A DNA stretch of 64,000 nucleotides from the human T2T-CHM13v2.0 reference genome, Homo sapiens: NCBI RefSeq assembly GCF_009914755.1, contig NC_060932.1; one strand, given 5' to 3'. Positions 42,801 to 55,156 of the stretch are shown here, piece after piece. Both the position numbers and the translations under genes were made by a program. Within the stretch, counting starts at the first letter, position 1. Each line of letters opens with the position of its first letter. The notes under the pieces were generated by a model. It ran no database searches, had not been told where the DNA came from, and saw only the letters and a program-made list of their open reading frames with translations.

Positions 42801-44615
42801 TTAATAGATCCTTTTTTTCTGTTTATTTAAAAAATTATATGATATAAACGGTATGATGAATAATTGATGAAACATCTTGTTTTGCTTCTAGTTCCCAGTG
42901 ATGCTGTTCTCAAATCTATCTAGACAGCAGTCCCCTTCACAGCAATATTTTCCATAGCACTTGAAAAGATATTTTAGCTTCTGCAGTGACAAACGCCTGT
43001 TTAGAAAGTGGAAGCATAATTTACTTACCTGACTGATGAAGCATTTTTTACAATCTACTACATTTGTTTTATATGGAGATGGGTCTTTGCTAAGAAAACA
43101 GGGTCTTTAACAATTGCAAAACTCCATTATTACATTTTATGATGGAGCAAACTAGATTAGAGCAATTCTCCTTCTTGTTTTATTAAGCCTTTATACTACT
43201 GTTAGAGGTTAATGGCGCTATTATTTTTCCTACCGTCAAAATCTGCTTTAAAGCAAGACCTACAGCACTTAGTGCTAGAAATCTGGCACACGGATTAGCA
43301 GGCATGCCTGCTTCTGCAGCAGTGTTAGAAATCACTCTGGCCTACTACCATTCAGATAAATCACACGTTCCTAATACAGCACTCGCGTCCCTAAAAGCAA
43401 GACCTGATGATGAGAGGCATTTCTGGCAATCTAGTAACACGCCTGGTATTCCTTAATAATATTATTGTGAAGCAAAATGTGTTTCTCACAGATGAGTAAA
43501 GAGGATCATGTTCATTACTGAAGATTATCCATATGCGGACTAATAGAGTGAAAATGTATCTGGTTATCTGGAAAATTATGGCCTGATGAAAATGTCCGTG
43601 GGAAAATGATTTCTGAAATAAAGTTTCTGACCTTGAAACTACATAAGCATCATTTGCAATTGATTGGATTAGGGGACATGTCACAACTTCCATTCTGTGG
43701 TATCCTGTGTTCTAAGTCAGGCATCCAGGCTGATGAAGGTCCTCACTCCATTCTCCTTTCCTTTCATCCCACCCTCCTTGTACCCACATCCCACCTCAAG
43801 CTCTGGATCTAGCGAAGCACTCTGCAGAAAGGCAGCATGCATTCGCTGAAATTCTTCAAATGACCTTCCTAAAAGCAAGCATGTCTCAGCCATTGACTCA
43901 GTAACAAATGAACTCCTTCAGCAGTGGGATGGAGGAAAATTAGTACATTACACTGTGTTTTCTGACTGACTAGAGCACACAATGTAGACTGACAATTAGT
44001 TTTTATTACCAGCTGCTATCACCTTGTGACAGAAACTTGAAAAATTTCTCATAATTTTCCTGTTTCCTTCCATGCAGTGGATATCATGATTCTGAAACTA
44101 GTGTGTTTTACTGACATGGATGAATTATTTAATTATTTGTGCTTTTCTCCATACAACACATAACATTTTGATAATGGGCACAGTTTTCTCTTAGCCAGTA
44201 CCTAGCAAGTCTACAGATAAGACATTTCAGCCACGGAGGAAGTCCTTTAAAGAGGACTTGGTGGCGCCTCACATGGCCCTGCTTTCCTACGGCTTTCCAT
44301 CCTCTATTTCTATGGATTTCTATATTTTATGGGTTGATCTACTAATATTTTGAAAGATAGTGAATTTCCATTTTTACTCAATCATCAGTAAATGTTACTA
44401 CCGTTATGACAGCACTCTGTGTGACAAATATTTACTGGTGATCTGAAACACTATAAGACTATAATTTCCCCTGGAGAAGGAACAGATGCTGATCATCTTT
44501 ATGACAGCTTCTGGATGCTCCGCAACGAGGGACTGTTGAATGTGTGAGTGAAGATGTGAAATATAAAAATCTAATTGAAGAAAAACATGAGCACCCTCTT
44601 CCCACACGACACACC

Positions 44616-44745
44616 ATCCCATAACTACATCCCTGGGTTATATCCCATAGCTACATCCCTGGGTTATATCCCATAACTACATCCCTGGGTTATATCCCAT
44701 AACTACATCCCTGGGTTATATCCCATAACTACATCCCTGGGTTAT
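44616..44745. repeat. 26-bp VNTR, 5 copies (atcccataactacatccctgggttat)
   Basis: five head-to-tail units with one substitution (a to g in copy 2) and no spacers. Confidence 0.97.
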
Positions 44746-44840
44746 TCAATTCACCACCTGAGCATCTGTTGTGTTCCTGAGACTCTTATAAATTCTTAGT
44801 AGAGATCAGAGAACAAAGTAGAAAATATGCCTGTCCTCAT

Positions 44841-45051
44841 ACGAATGATACAAAGGGCTCTGTGGACGTTGGGGGAAGAGTGGGAGTGGGGCGAGGGATA
44901 AAAGACAACAAATATGGTGCAGCGTATACTGCTCAGGTAATGGGTGCACCAACATCTCACAAATCACCACTGAAGAGCTTACTCATGTAACCATATACCA
45001 CCTGTACCCCAATAACTTATGGAAAAAATACGAAAAATAATTTTTTACAAA
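44841..45051 (+). mobile_element. L1PB-type 3' end inserted in an L2 relic
   Basis: gggataaaagacaacaaatatggtgcagcgtatactgctcagg...ccccaataacttatggaaaaaa; 21-bp TSD agaaaatatgcctg(t/c)cctcat at 44820-44840 and 45052-45072. Confidence 0.9.
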
Positions 45052-45259
45052 AGAAAATATGCCTGCCCTCATGTAGTTCAGTTTATATTCTACTGGGAGA
45101 TGTGAGAGAAATGAAATGAACAGGGTTACTTTATGTGTGTGTTTATGATACACACTCAAATAAACATACACGTATATGTATATGTAATATGTTATAATAA
45201 CTTAAAAAACACAAAAACAGAGCAAGTAACAGAAGAAGATAGAAGGTGTGGATGCTCAA

Positions 45260-45339
45260 GTCAACAGCCATACCACCCTGAATGCACCTGATCTCAGAAC
45301 CTAAGCAGGGTCGGGGCTGGTTAGTACTTGGATGGGAGA
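45260..45339 (+). pseudogene. 5S rRNA retropseudogene, tailless, 3'-truncated at nt 90
   Basis: gtcaacagccataccaccctgaatgcacctgatctc-agaacctaagcagggtcggggctggttagtacttggatgggaga matches 5S nt 1-90 with a 10-nt deletion; 20-bp TSD. Confidence 0.95.
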
Positions 45340-47318
45340 AGTTGTGGATGCTCAAGATACATGATATTTAGTTAGGGTGATCAGTGACAGCTGCCAGAGA
45401 AAGCGAATTTTAAGAAACGATGTGAGGGAGGGAGGATGTGATACGGCTTCTTTGGGACATCATTTCAGGCTGAGGAGAGAGGAGAGCAAAGTCCCTGGGG
45501 TGTTGAGTGTCCAATGTCCTCAAGAAACAGCCCAGAAACCAAGAGGACCAGGATGCAAGGGTGGGAGCAAAGGAGTTCTTTGGGTCTTCATAAGGAATTT
45601 GGACTCGTTCTGCCTGTGACGGGAAACGTTTGAGGGTCTGGAGAAGAGGAAGGATGTGGTTCTACTGATATTTCACCCAGATCCTTCTGGTTGCAGGGTG
45701 GGACTTTGTCAGGGCAGGGAGAGGCTGAGGATGACATGATGATACAGGTGAGGGGCGATGGTGGTTTGGGGGTAACGAGAAAGGCTTGGGATATGTCGGG
45801 GGGCAGTCAGGGCTCACCAAGAGGCCGGAGAGAGGGGTGCTGTGAAGGTCTAGGGACTGAATGGTGGAAGTCACAGGCTTCTTCTGTGACAGGTAAGAGG
45901 GAGAGAGATGCCTGTTAGACATCAACGTGACTCCCAAGTAAGCCCGTGGATAGGAAGTTCTGGCCCGTAGAAGAGAAATGCAGGTTAAGCCACGTAATCC
46001 ACCTCAGTCCATTCTGGAATTGGATCATCTCGGGACAACTTTCCGAAGATGAATATGAGTGAGCTGGTTTTCTTCTCTCTTTATTTCTCATGGTAGCCCT
46101 ATTCATGATAATTCATGACTTCTCTTTTCCTTTGTCTCAGCTTCTACAGATCCCAGAGAGAGAACAGTTGCGAAAGTCTGTCCCCGGGCTGAACCGAAGC
46201 TGCTGCTGGCGGTTATGGTGCTAAACTCAGAGGCTGACATGAGGGCAAAAGACTCTTCAGGATACAGGATTAAACCTTAATTTTTTTTTTTTTAGCATAT
46301 TGGAATATAACGATTAAGAGAAGATTACCCACTAGTGTATTTTATTTGTTCATAAATTATTCCAAACTTAAGACAACTAAAACTACGAATATTATAATTA
46401 TAAGTAGATAAATACAAGTGGAAAATTATTTTCTGAAGTATATTTTGCAAAATGGTTCAATCAGTCAGGGTATTTACAAAAGACAATCCAAACATTCTAC
46501 AGTTATAATTACATCGTTAAGTATATACAGTAATTGAGACATCACTTTATGTGGCCTTCTAAAAATAGAGATACAAGTTTTAAAATCTGCCCTTCCAAAT
46601 TATGCCTGAGCCACAACAAAAGCCAGAGGGAGATGGAACCACTGTGTGTCGTTATGAAGGACAAGAGTCCATCAGTTGCTTTTCATTAACTGAACTGTCT
46701 CTTTGGAAACTTGGGGCGAATATCATTCTGTTTTGCTTCAGGTCTCTTTTTTTTTTCTTTTCAGGCTAAGAAAACATTGAGTGCCCAATACAAACAAAGA
46801 GCAAGGAAGTGAACGTTTATGGTTGAATACAGGAGAATTCCAGGGGCATTTATTTTATAATGTTGTGTTGTTATTTTTCCCAGGGGCATAAAGGCAATGC
46901 ATTAGACTGCTCAATTTTCCACATTTAAAAAATCATCTTTTTATTAAATAATGGTTCTGGATTAATTGCCCCATCCTGCATGGCTACAAAGTGTTGTAAC
47001 TGCAAATGCTCCTCCGTACACAGCATGTCCCATCAGCTCATCTGAGTGAGCTACAACAAATCAATATAGAATTGGTCAAGTCATTTGTCTTTAACTTTAC
47101 ATGGGGGGAAAATCTCTACTTCAAAATAACAACCAATGTTTTGTTTATCTTCCTTCCTAGAGATGTATATATTTTGGAGTTAGAAGGGCATCTACAGATT
47201 ATCTACTTTAGTAATCCTCACATTGAGAGCTGCTAAAACTGGTTTCTGCCAAGAAGAATGCTCAGAAGAAGAAGAAGAAATGACATGTACTGTTACCATC
47301 ATTAAAAAATAGAGTGCT

Positions 47319-47627
<309 letters not shown>

Positions 47628-48552
47628 TTAATAATTTCTTTGGTATTGAAATAATCTACTTTCAGAATAAAGAGCAGTTCACCATTTCAGGGTGAGAAAG
47701 AAAATGGGGGATGGGTGCTTGCTCAGTTTATTCCAGATGCCCTTTTGGAGACATAATATTGCCCATTTACATTGCACTTTTTCCAAGATTAAAATAATTC
47801 AAAATTTAGAGCATATAAACCACGTAATTATAAAATACTTAGATATTTAAGATATTAATGACTATCTTAATATCTTTGGGTTTTTCTTCAAACATTACTG
47901 ATTACAAGCTGGTGAAAAAGGAAATTCTAAATCTTCTCATTCTACACTTAATGTTGAGAGTCGCCCTCACTGCACAGAAGAGTTGAAATATCTCTAAAGA
48001 CTACAGTTGCGCTGCCCTATGTGGTTAGGTTTTGTGCATGTTAATGATGAAATGAATTGTGGAGGGTTGAAAGCAAGGCTGTGTAAAGAAGCTGATGAAC
48101 GTGGGTTCCCAAAGCAAAATTCACAAAAGACTCATCAGATTAGGAGGCATAAATGAAAGAATCTATAGGGCTTTTGTTCCAAAGCACAGAGAGATTCCTT
48201 TCTCCCTTTTCATTCATTCATTCATTCATTCATTCATTCATTCATCAGTAGATACTGGTTGTGTACTGGTAGCTTGGGCTGTCAGGGGATGAGGAGGTAT
48301 GGTGTGTGATCTGTGGGTCATGGATGGGAAAACCCCAAACTTTCAAGGAGCTCATCTTGAACTAAAGGTACAATCAAGGTAGGTCTGGTAGAAAAATTTC
48401 ACTGGCCTAGCAGGAAGAAGCAGACGAAGAGATGAGCCTGCAGGATGTGCACGACTTCCAAACACAGGCACTTTCATCTTTCAAGTGAAAGAAGCAGGAG
48501 TTTGTTTTAAATCTATGGTCAGGTATTACATACCTGTATAAACTTAACTCTC

Positions 48553-48854
48553 AGCTGGGCGTGGTGGCTCATGACTGTAATCCCAGCACTTAAGGAGGCC
48601 AAGGCAGGAAGATCACCTGAGGTCAGGAGTTTGAGAACAGCCTGGCCAATGGTGAAACCCCATCTCTACTGAAAATACAAAAAAATTAGTCGGACATGGT
48701 GGCACACACCTGTAGTCCCCGCTATTTGGGAGGCTGAGACAGGAGAATCACATGAACCCGGGAGGTAGAGGTTTCAGTGAGCTGAGATCCTGCCACTGCA
48801 CTCCAACCTGGGTGTCAGAGTGAAACTCCATCTCAAAAAACAAAAACAAAAAAA
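48553..48854 (+). mobile_element. Alu (AluSx-type)
   Basis: full dimer; TSD aaactta(a/g)ctctc. Confidence 0.95.
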
Positions 48855-48897
48855 CTTAGCTCTCTTAAGTCTTATAATTAGAGCAGTCCTCCATCAC

Positions 48898-49518
48898 TGT
48901 GGCAGAAGAAAAAAACCAGTCAGTTAGACAGTGAAGGCTGGTTGTTGGAGATGCAGCCGGCCTGAAAAATCACAGCTACAGGCAAAAATAGAGCAGCCTG
49001 GGAAAAGTCAGGCTGCACCTGGACAGATGAGCAAGCAGGATTCAGCACAGAAGCCTTCTGTTCTTTGTGTGATTAGCGAGCTCCCAGGAAAAATTTCCTC
49101 CCTTTTTCAGGCATATACCCAGTGGGCTCCATAGGAACTCACACAGGGAGGAGGGGGCCTTCCTAAAACAAATCCACAGTTATACAAACAAGAGAAGTGG
49201 TGCTTTGTACTTGCCTAGGGACATAACCACAACAACATAAATAAGGGGTAGTTATGCAGACAGCTTTACAGATTAGAAAAGTGACTCAAACAGCTAGAGA
49301 GATAAGAGGAGTTTCTCATAAAAGCTTTGTAATTCAGCTGTCAAAGCAGCAACCCATTTGAGATCCCCTCTGCCTTGTGAAAAGCTTTCTTCTCTCGCTT
49401 ATTAAACTTTCACTCCAACCTCACCCTTTGTGGCCACGCCCCTTAATTTTCTTGGTCATGAGACAATAAGCTTGGATAACACCTTAGACAACCAGACCAC
49501 TGACCTTGATCTGTTTAA
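48898..49518 (+). mobile_element. ERV1 solo LTR (MER83/LTR9/LTR38-like; subfamily uncertain)
   Basis: TG start, TATA-like cataaaagc, ggcaaccc-like gcagcaaccc, poly(A) signal cttattaaactttcactccaacctcaccc, ccttaattttcttggtcatgagacaa typical of MER4-group U5. Confidence 0.75.
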
Positions 49519-52500
49519 TTATCAAACTGCAAGTTTCCTGAGGCTGTCAGGGAAATTCTCCCATTCCTTGTCATGATCTCTCTCTTTTTCTTCCTGCACT
49601 TGCTGAACTCTTGCTGATGCCCTGACAGTGAGCAGAGGGGAGGGTAATAATGAACAGGACTTTGGGTGGATCTGATATAGTCAGAGGGCATGGATTTCTT
49701 GCTTTGCCCAGTGTTTGTTTTTACTTTTATTTTTTAACATCTAGAACTTTGGGTAGAACTTGCCCTCTTGAATTCACCAAAACCTTGAACATTTTCTATC
49801 ACCATGACAGGGTCCCACCAGGAAACAGATGTCATTTGGAGAAGAAGCCAGTCAGGCAAGGCTACTTTCAAAGGCTCTGTTTGCAAAAGGGTGAATCTGG
49901 GGACACCACCAGGGACAGGGCAGTGGCAGGGGAAGGAGTCGCCACTGAGCTGTGGCTGCTTTCTGCACTGAAGGCAACAAGGGGCACAAGTTGGTGCTGA
50001 AATCCAGAGGGACATGAACGCACAAGGTCACCCTCTGCAAAGAGCTGTGACCTCTGATTTTTGTGCCTTGGAGCAGAGACAGCTTCAGGGGGCTGCAGGA
50101 GGCAGCTCAGCCTTCCATCCATACCCTGGTGCTTCCCACGGGCAGAATACAGGAGCTGCTAGCAGTGTCCACCCCTGTCTGGCTTTGGTGAAGCCAGCAC
50201 TGGATGAAAACTTCTTAACGGGGACAGCCTCACGCTCTACAGTGAACAGATAATTCCCTGGCCACTGCTGTCACTTCTTTTACTCCCAGAGGAGTCTTAT
50301 GAAAAAGAACGATCATAAACAAACAAAAATGTCCAGCTTACAGAATAAAAAATACTAAGATGGAAGCAAACAGAGGGGGCTGTGGAACAAGAGCTAACAG
50401 TGCCTGCAGACCCTGAGCTAGACATTTTCCATAAATCTTCTGTCATATCCGCAACAAAACCCTTAGTTGGGGAAAGGATTATATCACTTCTGCAAGAGAG
50501 GTTTGTGTGCTTGGATCTAAACTCTAGAATCTCAAGAACTGTGGTCTCCCAGAGGAACCCACATCTTGGGGTGAAGCAGAAGTGGAGAGACTCAAGTTAA
50601 TGGAATGGCTTGAAAAGGAATGAGGCCTCCACTGAAGGCACCAGCACTTCACTCCCTGCAGACAGAAGATGAAATCCTCATGTCAGCAACAGGCATGTGG
50701 GCAGCCAGTGTCACCTTGGGTATCAAGAACGTAAAGCACTTTCATACTCAGTCTCCTACAGATGGTAAAGGATTCATGAGGTGCTGAAGAGGAAACGGGG
50801 CTCATGGTGGGAACGCCTAAGGCACGCATGACGCGCTGGAACGTGGCCTGGCCTGGGCCTACGTCCTCTGCCGTTCGCCCCGTGTGGCTCACTTCCCTCC
50901 ATTTACTATGGAAGGCCCCTAAGGTGAAGAGAATGCCCACTGCATGCCACACTCTGCAACAGGCAGTTTACACCCCTCTTGATTTATCGGAGTGACAACC
51001 CTATGGAAAGGATTACTATTTTATTAATAATTGCGTAAGCGATGACATCTGAACTTGAATAAGTCATATACTTGCACAGCTATTGAATGCTTGCCTGTCG
51101 CTTCAAACCCTATGTCCATTCATCAGTGAAACAATTTCATTTTCTCTGTCATACCTTTCTTTGGAATGACACATTACCATTGATTACCTTCCTCATCTTA
51201 GAAGGCTCACGGTTTCCATTCCTCATTTTCCCTAATGATTAATTCCCATGCTTGACAAATACTTTAATACCGTTAAAAGAAAGGAGAGAACGCTAATACC
51301 AAATGAGTCATTATGCATACGTCAATTTGTGTTCAGATGAGGACAGAAGAGATATTCTCCTTATTACAAAAGAAAAAAAGCTCTGCCTAAATCTTACAGT
51401 AGCAGAAAAATCTGATGCCCAATTGATCGGATATCCAACCTGATATTGATTTAATGTAAGAGTTTGGCCGGATATGTGGTTCTACGTTGAACTTTAGATC
51501 ATTTGTGCAGGGTTTTATCATAAAAATCATTTTCAAACTACTGTAAATACTATATTTCCCTCTACAGAACATTCTATACTAAAAGCTAACAATATCAAAA
51601 TGTTAAAATTTTATTTTTAAAACATGCTTTATTCCTTCTACTGTTTCTCAGATTTTTTTCCCTTCAGTTTTCCCATCCTTTACCAATCTAATTTCATTAA
51701 AGGGTGACTGGCTGTGATTATTCAATAGAAAGTGCCATGCAAACATTTACAGATTGATTTTTTTTTTCTTTTGGAAGTGGGAGACACCTAAGACCAGAGG
51801 GGTAGTCAGGGTATGGTGGCTCCTCTCTGCCTCTGAGGCCCAGGGGACATGTTTACCTCTCTGTCCTCTCAACCTGCGCAGGACTGAGCACAGACTATGG
51901 ATTATTGTCACACAAGCAATTGTCAGGAAATCCTAAAGTGATAAAGATGTAGGTCAATCTATAGTATCGTTGTCAAAAGATTTTGATTGTTTCTTTTATT
52001 AGTTTTAGCAGAATATTTGTTGCATATAAAACCTCATGCAGAAGTCTGCTCTAGCATGCAGATGTAAACAGAATTGACCCGAGAGGGTTCAGATGTCCAT
52101 CCCAGCCCTTCCACTAATTGCTAGGCAACGGAAAAACAATATGCACAGATGCAAAACACCGGGGACAGGCGCACCCACAGAGCAAGGCTAGAAACATCAC
52201 ATGAAAAGATTGCCAGGGAAGCATAGAAAACACAACCCAATGGGTAGAAAGTCCTAGAAGAAGCGTGAGCAGAAAACGGCCCCTACAGGAAGTCAACCCA
52301 CTTGGTATCTCAGTAGACGGTACTCATCTCTCGTTTGTAAGAAAAGCAAACCCTCAGTGAAGCTGGTACCCAGTAACTGTTATGACATGTGTAAGGTCGT
52401 GTGGGGAGCAAAACCAGTGGAGAGCTGACTGCACCTGCAGAGAAAGAAGGGTCTGCATAGTGAGTCTCCAAGAAGCACATAGGCTGTTGGCTTTCAGCTA

Positions 52501-54184
52501 AAGGACAAAGGGCCCTTCTGGCAGAGAAGCACCATGACCCAGTCCAGGCATGGTCAGGGCTTCCTATGGCTGAGTGATGACGATGGGCATTTAGGAGAAG
52601 GCACCAAAATGGCAGGTGTGGGAGACACCTTCATTCCTCCCACAGCTATTGATCTGGTATCTACCAGGTCCTGGGCACGTGCAAAAGTCATCAGCCAGAC
52701 ACGTCTGCAGATCTTGTTTTCTCTTTGGAAGGACGTAGACATTGCCCGAAAGCTACTTTACTCTCCAGGCAGTGAATGGTCAATAATATTTCAATAGACA
52801 AAAGACAAAAACCAACTTCTCCTTTGCAGAGATCAGTCTGGTCTGGTGTGTGTGGGGTGTGCAAGGACGGAGAGAGACTGGTATGAAAATGACTGACCGT
52901 GTCACATATACTTAAGAGAGACATCTGGAGGGTCCAGTCTCAGACAGTGATCAGGGCAGACGTGACACATGCTTAGGAGTTAGAACCACCACGACATTCC
53001 TCCGTAACAAAGTGAAGTTAGTGCATGTTCTTTCTCCCAGAAAATACTTTTGGATATAGAAAAGAAGGAAGAGATAACGTGGGGAAGGTGGTGGGTGGGA
53101 TCGCTTCTTAACTGCTCCATTCTCTCCTCTGCTTACAAGGGCGTATCAATCCTCAGATAGAAAGGAAAGGGACTCACAGACAGAGTTTTTATGGCTTCCA
53201 TCCTTGCTGGGCAGCATCTTGACTCCTCTTGACTTCAACTCAATCGCCTTTTTCACTGGAAGAAACAAAACCAAGCCATTAGCAGGTAAGACTTGGAGAT
53301 CATAAAACCATGTTGTATCCACACAGCACTTCCAGTCATAACTGCTTCCTATCAACCCCCGAAAATGGGAAATGTTCTAAGAGGTGAATGATACCAAGTC
53401 AAGGAAGTCAAAGAGCTTGTAAATAATTATTGTGAGGCTATCAAGCAGCAAGATCACATCTTACAGCATCAGTGTCGGAAGCTAAAAATAATACGTGCTG
53501 CCACTGACTTTACACATCCAATCCTATTTACCACTAGGAGTGGCAGATTCCACCAATCATTATCATTCCCCAAATTGTTCAGGCAGATCACTCACTTCAT
53601 GTATCTATCCTGACTACAGAGTTGTCTAAGTTTGCTATAATCATGAAAAAAAGTTTAGATAAAAACGCCAGTTGCTCATTCATGTATTCATATATTCATT
53701 TACTCACAATTTAGCGAATCTGTGTGGGTGGGGAGCAAGTAGAGGAAAGGCATGCTCTACGTGCTGTAGATAAAATGCTAGACACCACCAGTCCCTCCAG
53801 ACGCTTTCCAGGCTGTGCAAAAGGCACAGAGGTCCTGGTTTCTAGCATCATCATTCGGAGAGTTAAATATGTTTCTTGATGTACTACGGCCTGCATTAAA
53901 CATTTTAAGAAGTTTCATTTTTTTTTTTTTTTGGTCACTTACGGAAAAAAAATGGGGGACGCATCTTGTGATTATAGAATATAAAATGTTATGATCTTCT
54001 AAGCTATCCCACACTTGGCTTTACCAAGTGCCCAGGGGAAACATTTCTGAGGTCCCCATATGAGACTGGACCTACAGCAGCTGCGAGCAGGCAGATTGGC
54101 TCCAAATCTTTGCTTACAACAGGGTGGCCCCATGACCTAGGTAAGTTACTTGCCTCTGAGCCTGTGACTCTATGTGTAAATAGC

Positions 54185-54446
54185 TGTGAGGGTTAGTTTT
54201 ATGTGTGAACCTGACTGCACCACAAGGTGCTCAGACATTGGGCCAGAGGAGATTCTGGGGGTGTCTGTGAGAATGTCATGGATGATATTAACATTTGAAT
54301 CAGCTGACTCAGGAAAGAAGATGGCTCTCCCCAGTGTGGGTGGGCCTGGTCCAATCAGATGAAGGCCCAAATAGAACAAAAGGCTGACCTGCCCCAGTAG
54401 AGGCAAGACTTCCTCCTGCCTGATGGGCTTTAAATTGCAGCAGCAT

Positions 54447-54492
<46 letters not shown>

Positions 54493-55156
54493 CCCTGCTT
54501 TCTGCTTTCTGACTGGAGCTAAAACACCAGCTTTCCTGGTCTCCAACTTGCTGACTTACCCCTTTCAGGTCTTCGGTCTTGTCAGCTTCATAATCATGTG
54601 AGTCAGTTCCTTATAGTAAATCTGTGTGTGTACGTGTGTGTGTGTGTGTGTACACATGCACATAAGGAGATTCATGTAGATATGAAGTATATACAGGAGA
54701 CCCCTGAAGCATACAAGGGTTGGGGCACTGACCAACCCCCAACCCCCACACACAGCTGAAAACCTGATTATATCTTTTGGCTCCCCCAAAAACCTAAATG
54801 AAAATAGCCCACTGTTGACCAGATGCCTTACCAATAACATAAACAGTTACTTAACATATAGACTCATATCTACATATATTTTACGCATTCATGACACACC
54901 TTTTTGGATTTTTTTCCTGATATTTTTAGGCTATAAGAGTTGTCTGCAAGTTTTTTGTTTTTAATTGTCGCAAATTTCCAAAAAATGCTTCTATACATTC
55001 ATTGAACAGAGTCTAAAAATAAGTGGATCCATGCAGTTTAAACCTATGCTGTTCAAGGGTTAACTGTATAAATAAATCTATCTATACACACTCAGGCACA
55101 CACACATACCCACGACCAACTGGCTTTGTTTCTCTGGAGAACTCTGACGAAATACA
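54185..55156 (+). mobile_element. ERVL solo LTR (MLT2C/D-like) containing a T45 run and a nested Tigger2 relic
   Basis: tgtgagggttagttttatgtgtgaacctgactg...ataatcatgtgagtcagttccttatagtaaatc; end tgtttctctggagaactctgacgaaataca. Confidence 0.85.
54694..55066. mobile_element. Tigger2-family (Tigger2a/MER8-like) non-autonomous DNA transposon
   Basis: TIR-like ends caggagacccctgaagca...tgttcaagggttaactg with TA on both sides. Confidence 0.82.

Noticed and set aside
44616-44745. 26-bp repeats as a CRISPR array
   Set aside because: The units are head-to-tail with no spacers, there are no cas genes, and the context is primate DNA; it is a VNTR.
40680-46770. Isolated strong-looking plus-strand acceptors at ~40696, ~42589, ~46140 and ~46764
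   Set aside because: Pyrimidine tract plus AG is common in AT-rich DNA, and I could not build a consistent exon chain or reading frame.
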